64,000 bases of DNA from Tricharina praecox. Its lineage: Eukaryota. The notes beneath the pieces are model-generated. The model made no database searches and had not been told where the DNA came from. It was given only the letters and a program-made list of their open reading frames with translations. The stretch is from the NCBI RefSeq assembly GCF_024521635.1, contig NW_026250423.1, positions 248,001 to 312,000 of the forward strand, read 5' to 3'. This document shows, one piece after another, positions 40,498 through 51,760 of this stretch. How positions within the stretch are numbered: the first letter of the stretch is position 1; each line of letters starts with the position of its first letter. The translations under genes were made by a program, and so were the position numbers.

Positions 40498-42217
40498 AGA
40501 GTGCAGAGGAGCAGTGGGTGTTCGTCGCAAAAGAGGGAAAATAGGTGAGACAGGCGCCCCCCCGCCCGCGCCCCCCTCCCTTCGTTATCCGTTCCATATG
40601 CAAATGCAAACATGCAACTATCGATCGCGTACGGGCAGGCAGGCACGATTTTATTCACGCTGTTTTGTACTCTGGACGCAGTTACATACTCGTATGTACA
40701 TAGAAAAGGACTCGTGGGTGGGTTCCAGTGCTGTGCAACGGTTATATCATAGAGTACGGTACTCTATGTAGTTAATGTGGTGCCGCCTTCTTCTTCTTCT
40801 TTCCTTCCTTCTTTCCTTCCTTCCTTCGATCGACAAGGTTATCTATGTATGTAGAGTGCAAGGAAAATTCAGGAGCGGCGCAGACGCAGAAAGGAAGGAC
40901 GCAGGAACGTTGGCCGTGATTGGTCCGCCGTCTTGGGACGAAAGACAGGAGAGCCGAGTTAGAGTATAGTCCCCCCGGACGCTAGCAAGGAGCAATCTGA
41001 CCGTGCAACCTCATCGGGCTTGGCGGGAGTGAGCGTTCGTGAACGACGAGTGGAAATCCTGTCATCCGTGACTCCGTAGCGTTTCGTCCGTTGGCAGGCG
41101 AGCGAGCGAAACGAAAGACTGGATATGCACGCACTCGTCGCAGTCCGGCGTGCGCTGGTAGTTATCACGAGGCCGGACATCCACGAAGCCCGAAAACACT
41201 ACTGACAGGCCTATCGGTACCTACGTACCCACGCTGCACCGGAGTGCACGATAGGTAACAATGGCCCCATTCATGCATGGATTCCCAGACTTTCTGTCCG
41301 GAACATCTCGAGGAATGTGTTTGTTTGTGCTCGGAAGCAAGGCCAGTCCCACTTGTCCGCCAGCAGGATGACAGCGAGCAAAGACGGACACATATCCCAA
41401 ACACTCGCAGGGAGGAGTGTTGTGGCGGCTCGCCATTGGGGCGGTCGCCGAGAGCCAAAACATCTGAAGCTCTGGTTAAAGTAATCGGAACGAGCCATGG
41501 ACAAAGAAAGAAGTCACCATGTCGCGGTGCGGTGCGGGCCGGAGGTGCTGTGTGGAGATGCCCGTAGCCCGTCTGCAGCGGCCGGTCGATCGCGGCATCC
41601 GATTTATGGTCCGCAAGGGGAAGGGTGCCAGGAGAGGGGCGAGTGGGGGAAGGAGACTGAAATTTCTGGAAAGTTCGTTGGCCGCGCGGTAATGGAGAGC
41701 AGAGTTCCGCACGCGCGGAATCTAATCCCGCACGCCGACCAGCGTTGCGCTAGAACGAAGGAGGACGGGGGCGGCTTGCAACCGGGGAGTCCGGACAACC
41801 CTACGGTCCACGGGAGGGAATGCTCGAGTGCGCAGTCACGGTGTTCATTCCCCCTGGCCAACATCAGCATGAAATATAGACATGTAGGATCTCCGGCAAG
41901 GTGGGTGGGATGGAAGATGGGACGGGTGTGCGGCTATTCGATCAGGCTGAGGAGGGGTCAGCATTCGAAGGTGGATGTGTATGAAGGTGCTGGGTCCGAA
42001 GTGCTCTTTCTCGGTCATTCGCTCGATACCTACGCTTACGGACTGCTGCTTACTAAGTACGACCGTTCAGGCTGAGAAGAAACGGTACTTGAGTGGTTAT
42101 TTCATTACCGACGAAGGTCGATAGCGGGCTGGGCGGTTGAAGATGAGAGTAGGACCAGGTTCAGGCATGTAATTGGATATATTGTATTATTGGATGATCG
42201 ATGTGAAGACAGTAGGT

Positions 42218-42253
42218 GGAGGAGGAGGAGGAGGAGGAGGAGGAGGAGGAGGA
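42218..42253. repeat. (GGA)12 microsatellite
   Basis: Read directly. Confidence 0.9.
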
Positions 42254-42414
42254 AGCGGACGGGAGTCTGGTCGGGGGGAAGGGGGTTGCCGGTGGCGGGC
42301 TGGCTCTTTCGCAATTCGGCAAAGTGGATGGAAGCAGCATGGAAGGAAGCACGAGCGGCGAGGGATGTTGGTTGGGGTTGTTCTCGAACTTCCAAAGTCG
42401 TCTGGTGCGCTTTA

Positions 42415-42480
42415 TTCTTCTCCGTCTGCTTTCTTCTTCTCCGTCTGCTTTCTTCTTCTCCGTCTGCTTTCTTCTTCTCA
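42415..42480. repeat. Short tandem repeat of TTCTTCTCCGTCTGCTTTC-like units, about three copies
   Basis: ctccgtctgctttcttctt occurs three times in tandem. Confidence 0.85.
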
Positions 42481-44580
42481 GCTTCTCCTCCGCCTTCCAT
42501 CCTCATTTCGAGAAAGCGAGGTGAAGGTGCGAGGCGAGAGTGAGACACTTGCTGGCTCCCTATTCGCTCTCGTATGGCAAAAAAATACGCACGAGTAGTG
42601 AGTGCTGCCATCCTACGATCGGGTCGAGATCGCGAGCGCCAGACAGGTCGAACACGCCCCACCCACCCACCCACCCACATGCGTCCGAAACCTTCAGAGC
42701 GAAGCACTCCAGGAGGGATGATCGCGCGCACTCGCAGAGCACACGAGGATGGTGGGCGAAAATAAAAATAAAACCCGAACTGATGGCAACGAAGCGCTGC
42801 CGTCGCCGCTGTTGTCTGGGTTACGGCAACAGACCACGCCGATTCTGCCCAGAGGGCTTATAGTGGGTTTCCGCAGCAGTGGGCAGTGGGCAGTGGGCAG
42901 TGGGCAGTGGGGGGAAGGGGTGTGTGTCTCCCGCTTAGTGTCTGTATGTTCTTCGGCCGTTCCCCGGAGAACTTCGGTGCAGATTGCCCGCCTGCCTGCC
43001 TGCCTGTGTTGAAGGGGGCAGATGGTTATGTATGTCGCAGCACGTATGTCGGAATCACTGACGATCGCTGTAAGGACGATGAAGATCAGTGAATGCGGGC
43101 GTGTTTCGATGGTCGGGATACCGAAGTAAGCAGGTGGTCGTGGACTCTTTCCTGAGTCGCTCTTCGCGTACGATGCATATCAGAGCACTCCGTGAGCAGC
43201 CCCGAAAGTCCGTGGAGAGTGTGCCCAGGACTCGGCGTCGGCTCAAGGGAGGGCAGCCGAGAACCCACGGTCTTGTCCAGAGGTCGAGAGGTCGAGGATT
43301 TGTATTTGTAGTGACGGTGATGATGACGAGAGAACCGGCGAATGAATTAGTCATTGTAAGAGAATGGGGGGGTGAGAACGAACGACTGGCAGACTGAATG
43401 GATTTTGGGTGAATCGCCTCTGCCTCGACTGAGGAGGTTATTGTGACTGCATCCTATCGGGTTGTCTCGTCTCATGTGTGTGTTCGTCTGAATGCTACTG
43501 CACTCATCGCATTCTTTTTACGAATAGCCAACTGAGTACGTATGTGCGTAGGTAGCTACTTTAGCCAGCCTGCCGGGCTATTTCTCGTAGCCATTCACCG
43601 TCTCGTCCGCTTCTTTTCTTCTTCTTGATCTTCTTCCTCTTCTTCTTCCTCTTCTTCGTCCTATTCTTCTTCGTCTTCTTCTTCTTCTCGTCCTATTATT
43701 CCCTTCCCTCTCGCTACTTAGCTACTTACCCACCTCGTATCCCTCCCCCCACTCCCTTCCCCCCGTAAACGCCTCCGGTCCCTTCGGCTCCCTGCGCCCA
43801 AGTGTGCTGCACGCCCATACACAATCCATAGATACTTACATACTGCACACACACACCTGTGCTACCGGCTCTCCCACTCCTCCTCCTTCCTCCTCCCTCC
43901 CTCCTTCCTCCCACTTCTCCTCCTCCCGTCTTCCTCTTCCTCCTCTCCTCCTCTCCTCCTCCCCCTCCCCTCATCCCGATATAGCACACTTACCGACTAC
44001 GAACTCTCAATTTTTTGCAACTATACGGCAAATACCAATCGTCGTGCCTAACCTACCACCCTCGCCGTCGCCGGACTCCTTCACTACCCTCCTTTCACCA
44101 ACTACTTAGACAGCTAGACCCCCTCCCCCCACGATTGTCGCAACCCTTGACTCGGCCCAACTCTCTTGGCCCCCCCGTCCACTCGGTCGCTTTCTTAAAA
44201 GCTCTGTGCTCGACGATTCGTGTCCTTTTATCCTACTGGATGCTCGCCCACCGCCTCGATTAATCCCTTTGACTCCTCGCGCGCATCCATTCACACAGCT
44301 CGTCGCAGCCTCCCCATGAAATCGAATTGAACTACACGGTAATAGGTTCACCGGGTCACCAATCGGAGCTGGAGTTCGCCGACTGGCAACTGTAACATCA
44401 ATTGGTATTCAACAATCGGGGAGCCGTATCGAAGGCGATAGAGTACACACCTGAAGCGGTCGGGGGGTCCACGGCTATCCACCACGAAGACGGGGCTAGG
44501 GACACTCGTATTGTAGGCGGGACACACTCTCGTATCAGCACACATCGCTATCCCAAACCTTCGATATAGTCAGACATACC

Positions 44581-47285
44581 ATGGATCCAACAGCGTTTCA
44601 AGTCGTATATGTTGATCGGCGTGCGAGTTGCGACCGAGTTGTCTTTCGGGATGCGACGGGGCAGAATGGGATCGGTCAGGAGCATGGCACAGTAGAAGAA
44701 AATGCACAAAGCCTCCTTTTGGCATTCTCTTCTGGTATGTTTTTTTTCTCCGTTGATTTCTACTACTTCCTCATGACAGGCCGCGGTGTGCAGTGAATAA
44801 TTCCAAATACTGACGCACAATATGCTTACAGTGTCTATCTGCAACTCTGCTCAGAGTTGTCTGACAACTCTGTCGGATAACGATGGCAACAATCCGATCC
44901 TACTTCTTGTCGAAGTCCCAATAGAGCCCCAACCGGACGAAGATAACAACATTCACGACGGACGGCACGATTCCGGAATAGCATCAGGACCCGCTGACAT
45001 GATGCTGGGCTTGCCGCTGTTGAAGTATGTCTGCTCGGAGATCGAGAGCATGCGGATGCCGAACTCAATAATACCCGTCGCGCTTCTGACACATGACGAT
45101 GATGGTCTGGTAGCACCGCGGGCGGAGCTCGAAGACGATTCCAGAACTGCTCGGGAATTGAAATGCATTGATAATGGGGCATGGGACGCTTTTGAGAATC
45201 CGCTTTCCAAGGACAGTGTTAGGACGATGCACATGCACTGCTACCGGGCCCGGAAAACTATCCAGAAGACCAGAAAGCGGTCGTGGGTTGGCATAGATGA
45301 ACCGAAGGCCGACAATTACTCGTATCTGCGAGAAAAGATGTGAGCACGACTTTTATACCGGGGAGTGTTACTCGAATTCTAACGAGATGATCACACAGGG
45401 TTCGAGAGCTCATGACCGAAATATGCTGGCCTAAGAAGCTGAAGGTTTCGTCCAACGGAGGGTAGGCTTTTTCCCTCGTCCGTGCATTTCGATTTCCGTC
45501 ACTGATTATGCGCAGCCGGGTTAGGATACCTATCACACGAGCCAACGATGTGGAGAAAGCGGTTGGGCGATGGGATTTCTCTGCCCATGATTTCTCGGAT
45601 GAAGAACTCGTCCACTGCGCTCAAACCATGTTCCAGCACGCTTTCACGATGCCGGAGGTGTCGGAATTTGTCATTCCGCCAGGTAACACCTTTTTGCGCG
45701 TCGCAATCGTCCCTTTGTTTGATCACCAACTAATTCAACGATAATAGATCGTATGGTGGATTTCCTACTTGCATGCAGGGGAACCTATAACGACCAAGTA
45801 CCTTACCACAACTTTCGGCACGTTGTGGACGTGCTGCAGGCAGTGTTTTTCTTCATGCTACAGCTTGGAGCATTGCCACACTATAAGCACCACAAAATGG
45901 GCGAGCTGGATGAGGAATCGACAGCGAAATCGCTCGCCCACCTTATTACTCCGTTGGATGCGCTCACCCTGTTGGTAGTTGCTATCGGTCACGACGTCGG
46001 TCATCCCGGAGTGAATAATGCGTTCCTCGTCACTCTGAAGGCCCCGCTTGCTCAGCTGTACAACGACAGATCTGTCCTCGAATCCTTCCACTGTGCCGCG
46101 TTCTCACAGGTGTTGCGGAAGCATTGGCCGAAGGCGCTGGATCAACGCAAGATGATAATAGACATGATCTTGGCGACGGACATGGGCTTACATTTCGATT
46201 TCATGGGAAAGCTGGACAAGCTCAGGAAGAAATACGAGAAGGAAGGTGGATCCGGCGTGTGGGAGGAGAAATCGGTCAACGATCATCGGATCCTTTTGTG
46301 CGCACTTATCATCAAGTGCGCTGATATCAGCAATGTGGTAAGTCTTACGCCAATTTACTAGCTCTGCACAAAGATCACTCGGGCTAACATCTCCTAGGCT
46401 AGAAAGCACGAGTGCTCCGCGCAATGGGCTACCATCTTGATTGAAGAGTTCTCCCGGCAAGCAAACATGGAAGTTGATCTAGGGATCCCGTCGTCCCTCG
46501 TCGCTCCGCCGATAACTGGGTCCGTCGTTGCACTTGCCAAATCTCAAGTTGGATTCATGAATTTGTTCGCGATACCTCTGTTTCAAAATCTCAGCACGGT
46601 GTTGCCGGAAATGCAGTTTAGTGTCAGCGAGCTAGTATCGAATAAGGATGCATGGAGCAGAAAGAGCGAAGTTCACACTTATCAACGTCCCGAAGACAAT
46701 AAAACGAGTGGAAGTGCACAGCAGCAACAGAAGCTAGCGTCATCCTCGCTCTCGGTACCGTCTTCGCGTCCCCAATCGACCCACGAACATGAGCAGCACC
46801 ATGCGCCGAATCGCCACCATCTTCCTCCCGTTCTGGGCACGGCCTTGATGGAGGCCGACATCCCGAATTCGGACAACGAGCCATCCATCTCGGGTTCCGA
46901 AATTCGGTCCGGGGTCGCATCCCCGCGACTCAACGATACCACCGTGCAACGGCACCCCGGAAACGGTAATGCCGCCGCTGTAACCGTTGTTGTTACGCAT
47001 CCCAAGATTCAAACTAACGGATATGGGCCGGTTTCCGAGAAGAGGCCGACCTATCAGCACTCGACCGAACACTTAAGAGCTGTCTCTCCGAATGATGCAT
47101 CGTCATCTCCGGATCGGCCCAGATCATCGCCCCCAGATCTTGGGGATTGCAGCGATCAATCGTGTTCGAAGGGTTGCTGCAACACTGCCATCATCCCCAG
47201 TGGGACCATGGAGCGGAGATCATCACGATTCTTTAAGAAGGTCAAGCTCTGGAAGACGTGGCGAAAGGAACCTAGTGATGGGTGA
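44581..47285 (+). CDS. PDE2: High-affinity class I cAMP phosphodiesterase (Pde2/PdeB/PdeH), 6 exons
   Basis: Motifs WDFSAHDF, VPYHNFRHVVDVLQA, AIGHDVGHPGVNNAFLV, YNDRSVLESFH, ILATDMGLHF, IKCADISNVAR, EEFSRQ and SQVGFMNLFAIPLF. Five canonical introns. First in-frame stop is TGA 47283-47285. Confidence 0.95.
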
Positions 47286-48677
47286 CTATATGGTCGGTAT
47301 GACTATACACCGGGAGCTGTCGACAATACTACCGCTTTCAACAGTACGGACGCACCACCACCACCACCATCTGCGCTGAAGGAGAAACCGCTCGTTACGG
47401 ATCTGATATTAGCCAACCGAATGCATGATACAGTTGTTCGACCCAAGACAAGTGCGGATAATACCGCGCAGGCGACTGTTGCGGCGGTTGCGCGGTTAAG
47501 TCGGATCAAAAAGATGAAAAGTTTGCATTGCTTTTAGATGTTAATTTCAGGAGGATGAGCCGGCGGTTCTATGCCATTTTTTGCGGTTTCTACTTTTCCG
47601 TTCCTTTGCTTTCCTCCTTCTCTTTGTATGTGTGTGTCTTCGTTTTTCCTTACGGGTATCATTCGGCGGTGGGGGCTGGGGATGGTGGTGGGTGGTTTGG
47701 GGGGAAGGGGGGAGTGCGTGCGTTGTTGGTTGTGTGGGGTTCTTTCTTCATTGGGGATTCCTTGCTGCTGTGTCTGGTTCTCATTCCGCTTTCTGGGATC
47801 ACGGCGTTTGTGGGTCTGTGCGTGTTCTTTTGGCTTCTTTTTTCCTTTTCCGCGATTATTTTGTGGGTTCTTTTCTCTTCTGCCCTTTTGTCCCCTTTTT
47901 TCCGTGGGGATTCTTCACGAATAAACGACAGGAGGAGGAGGCTGTCGGACCGTGCGATGGTACATATCTTCTTATATCGGGATTGGGCTTTTCTTCTTTT
48001 TTTTCTTCTTCTTCTTCTTTGGGCTCTCTGGGAGGGGTTTTTTGTTTTCGGCTTTTCGTTTCTTTCGGGGGAGGGGGTGGGGGGGGGCGGTGGAAATCCG
48101 TGTTTGATGTGGATGTGGATGTGGATGTGAATGTGGATGTGAGGTTGAGGGGATTATTCGGGAGGTTCGTACTTCTTTTCTTCTTTTCTTTTCTTTTCTT
48201 CTTCTTTTCTTCTTTTTTCTTCTTTTCTTCTTTTCTTCTTTTTCTTTTACTTTTGCTTTCTCCGTGTGTTTGTGTGGCTTGTACAGTATATAACGATGAG
48301 AGATCCTTGTTTTTTACTTTCTACTTTCTACTTTCTGTGTACTTCTATTTTTCTTTTCTTTTATTTTATCGATCAGATGGTGGGGGAAGCATATTTTCTT
48401 CTTTTTCTTCTTTCTTTTCTTTTCTTGACGTGCATATAGAGGCGGGATGGAGGATATGAGGGATGGCGATGGGGGGCGTATGATGGTAGTGATGGTGGTG
48501 GTGGGTACGGACGGGGTGGGATTTGCGGGCGAAATTTTCACTGGAGATTTTTTTGATATCTGCACACGTTTATGAAGGGTCACTCGAGAACTCGAGAAGG
48601 ACGAATAACTGTAACTGAGCATTGCGCAGTGCGTACACCCCCATACCTATGCATACGAACCACGATGGTATGTATCC

Positions 48678-50588
48678 CTACCATACCGACTTCCCACCCC
48701 AACCCACCCTCTTCCCACCCCATGCCACCAGCCTCGCCGGATCCACGCCCACGCCCCCAGCAAGGTTGAAGTACGCCAGGGCCAACATCGCCACGGCGAC
48801 CAGCACCAGCGTCGCCGCGGCCCCCGTTCCCGCCCCCGAGCCACCGGTGTATGTAACGTCCCAGTCCTTCCACCGCACGAAATGGCACGCGTACAGGAAG
48901 TGCGACTGGCTCCAGGGATACATCATAGCGTTCCAGCCGGAGGCTTTGTCGCGGTACCAGGCGCTGCAACCGCCAGTGTTGAACACGGACGTGGACAGCG
49001 CCGCTTGCAGCCGCTGTACGTAGCTGCGCTCCGCTGAGGCTTTGGGCTCGACGCGGGAGGCGGCGCCAGAAAGGATCGCTGCGGATACTTTGAGGGCGTA
49101 GTTTGCTGTGCTGTGGCGGGGCGGGACGTGTTAGCTATGTGTGTGGTGGGGGGAGGGGAAAGGGGTGGGGGGAAGGTACTTCTCGCACGCCATGATGCAG
49201 CTGGTGTGGCCCGTTCCAGTGTTTGGGCCGAGGAGCATGAAGAAATTGGGAAAGTTCGATACGGCGGTGCAGTTGTATGCGCCGACGCCACCAAGCTTGT
49301 CCCAGTGCGCCTGGATGGATTCGCCGCCGCGCCCGCGGATGTCGATGTTGGCCAGGTAATTGCTCGTGGCAAAGCCGGTGGCGTAGATGATTACGTCTGC
49401 GGGGTGGAGTGTGCCCGCCGATGTCCGCACGCCGTCGCGAGTGATCTCCACGATCGACGAGTCCGTGAGCGTCACGTTCGGCCGGTTGAGGGACGCGAGA
49501 TAGCCGGGTGATGGGTCGTGGATCCGCCGCTTGCAGCTGATCTGGAAGTCTGGGATCAGGAGGGAGTGGTATTTTTCGGGCGCCTCGCGGCGCATGTAGG
49601 ATGAGACGCGCGCCATGTCTTTTTTGCGCTGCTCGGCGGACCAGGCGCTGGAGCCTTGCAGACGGTAGCCCCATTCCGCGCCGAGGAAGATGAGGAAGCG
49701 GTGGAGACGCTGGGCGAGCGGGAGCCACTTGAGTGCCCAGCGGATTACCGGGGTGTATTCAAAGTGTGTGGAGGGCTGGATCCAGTGCTTGCTGCGGATG
49801 AATTGAGTAAGGTGGCCGACCTGGGGGGCGATTCTGGGCGTAATTTGAGCGGCCGTGCCTGCGGAGCGGCTGTCAGCATCCCACTTCTTCCTCCTCTTCT
49901 TCACGGGATGGGACTGGCAATAAGGCCGACTTACATCCATTCCCGATCAACGCCACCCGCTTGCCCTCGAGCTGCACACCATGATCCCAGCGGGCGGTGT
50001 GCATCTGCTTTCCGGCGAACGTCTCCCTTCCCTTGATATCGGGCACATTCGGATTTGCGAGCAGGCCAATGGCCGAGATCAGTATCTTGCACTCATGCAC
50101 GTACTCCTCGCCGGTAACCAAGTTCCTGAGGTAGACATCCCAGCGATCGCGGGCATCGTCCCATCTGGCAGCGTAGACCTGGGTCCGAAACGTGGTTTTT
50201 GACGGGATGTCGTAGTCGGCTGCTACTTTGAGAAGGTACGTTTTGATCTCGCCCGAGGGCGGGTACACCTCCGTCCACTCCGCGTTCTGCGCGAACGAGA
50301 AGCTGTACAGTGCTGTGGGGACATCGCAGGCGGCACCTGGGAAAGCAGATCAGCACTCAATCCACATACACATCATTGAGTCCTGTGGATGCTACGGGCG
50401 AGCTCACCGGGGTAGGAGTTCGCATGCCATGTGCCGCCCAGCTGGTCATCCTGCTCATAGAACACGACATCGTCGAAGCCGTACGAGATCTTGAGACGGG
50501 CGCCGAGTGCGATGGCCGAGATGCCGGCGCCGATACAGACCACGGTCGAGGTCCTGGGCGGCGACGGTTTCGAAGCGGAAACCGACAT
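48678..50588 (-). CDS. Baeyer-Villiger-type flavin-dependent monooxygenase with a C-terminal hydrophobic anchor, 4 exons
   Basis: Motifs VVCIGAGISAI, GGTWHANSYPGAACDVP, the BVMO fingerprint FAGKQMHTARWD, VALIGNG, ADVIIYATGF and FPNFFMLLGPNT. Confidence 0.92.
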
Positions 50589-51424
50589 GGTGGTGATACA
50601 ACGCGAAGAAGCAAGAATTCGAAGCAAGGGCAACCCAGCAGCCGATCAACGAAACGCGTTTTTTTTCTTTCTTTTCTGGGTGGACGAGTTTGAGACGGGG
50701 ATATGTATAGCAGAGTGTGCAAGCTCGATAGCGGAATATTGGCGAGCTCGCGCGGGAAAAGCGTGAATCTTGAATCTAAACCTAACGGGACGAGCCAGGG
50801 CTGAGAGTGTTCCGGAGTAGGGGGTTTGGGCGGTTTTCTTCGGGGGGATGCGTTCTTTTAAGCTACATACGTGCCGTATGGGCGCCACATAGGTACCACA
50901 TATCGGTATGTAGAGTGTGGCCATGTATGCAACTCTCAGAACTGGCTGCTGCTGCTGCCGTGCAGGGCGTGGTGGTGGTTGTTGTTGGTCGTTGGTCCGA
51001 CTCCAGATCCATTGAACGACGAGTGACACAGTCCGGATGTCGTCCCCTGCTAGCTGAAGATAGTTATCCCACAACAACGAACCGCAGCAGCGGCACAACT
51101 AGTCATCTGCCGCCCGGACGATCCGTCTCTCGGTAGCCAGTCGGGGCAGGGAGTGCGATTCGATTGCGAGAGCATGCCGCGATCTACGCTGCCTTTCGTT
51201 TATGCCGTTACGCGGCGGCGGTGGCCGTGGGGAAGTGAAACATTCCCTAGCTTGGCGATGTGGAGACACGGTTGGATGCAGAGATGATCTCCACATCCTA
51301 TCAGAAGGTTGAGCTCGGAATGAGGATGCCGGATTAGAAATGCTTGGGCAGCGTCGGATAGCAGTCGAGAGTCTTGGATCTGTGTCTGGCTGCGAGTACT
51401 CTAAAATCTGTACTCCATGAATTC

Positions 51425-51760
51425 ATGTCAGGAGGATCGATGCAAGAGCTTCCAGCGGGCCTCAGCCGCAATCGGGTATGGTTGAAGGTCTTGAACTGCT
51501 ACTTGGTTTGGGAGAAGAGCCAATTCATCAATTCCCTGCTTCGGTGGAAATGTACCCGTGAGTCGTGGCGGACATGTAAATCCTATCCGGACACCGAGGG
51601 AGTGCGGTGGGCTTTAAAACGTGATCAAAAGCACGCTGTCCGGATACTTTGTGCCTACCACGACGACTGCGGTTTATGGCAGGAACTCTACGCACTCTGG
51701 GTATTGATGTTGACAACAACAAGGCAAAGGCAGGAACTTGGCATCCCCCTGGATGGTCGG
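51425..51760 (+). pseudogene. Possible degenerate F-box/ankyrin-repeat gene relic
   Basis: Fragments ELPAGL..VLNCYL..FINSLLR (F-box-like) and VRWALKRDQKHAVRIL, plus LRTLGIDVD (ankyrin-like) in a shifted frame. The resemblance is by eye only. Confidence 0.25.

Noticed and set aside
33700..44300. Many 60-200 aa ORFs in the gene desert
   Set aside because: Low-complexity translations of microsatellites; no coherent exon structure or transposase/RT motifs.
47528..48459. 200-aa and 292-aa Phe-rich ORFs resembling membrane proteins
   Set aside because: Artefact of A-depleted low-complexity sequence in which stop codons are rare.
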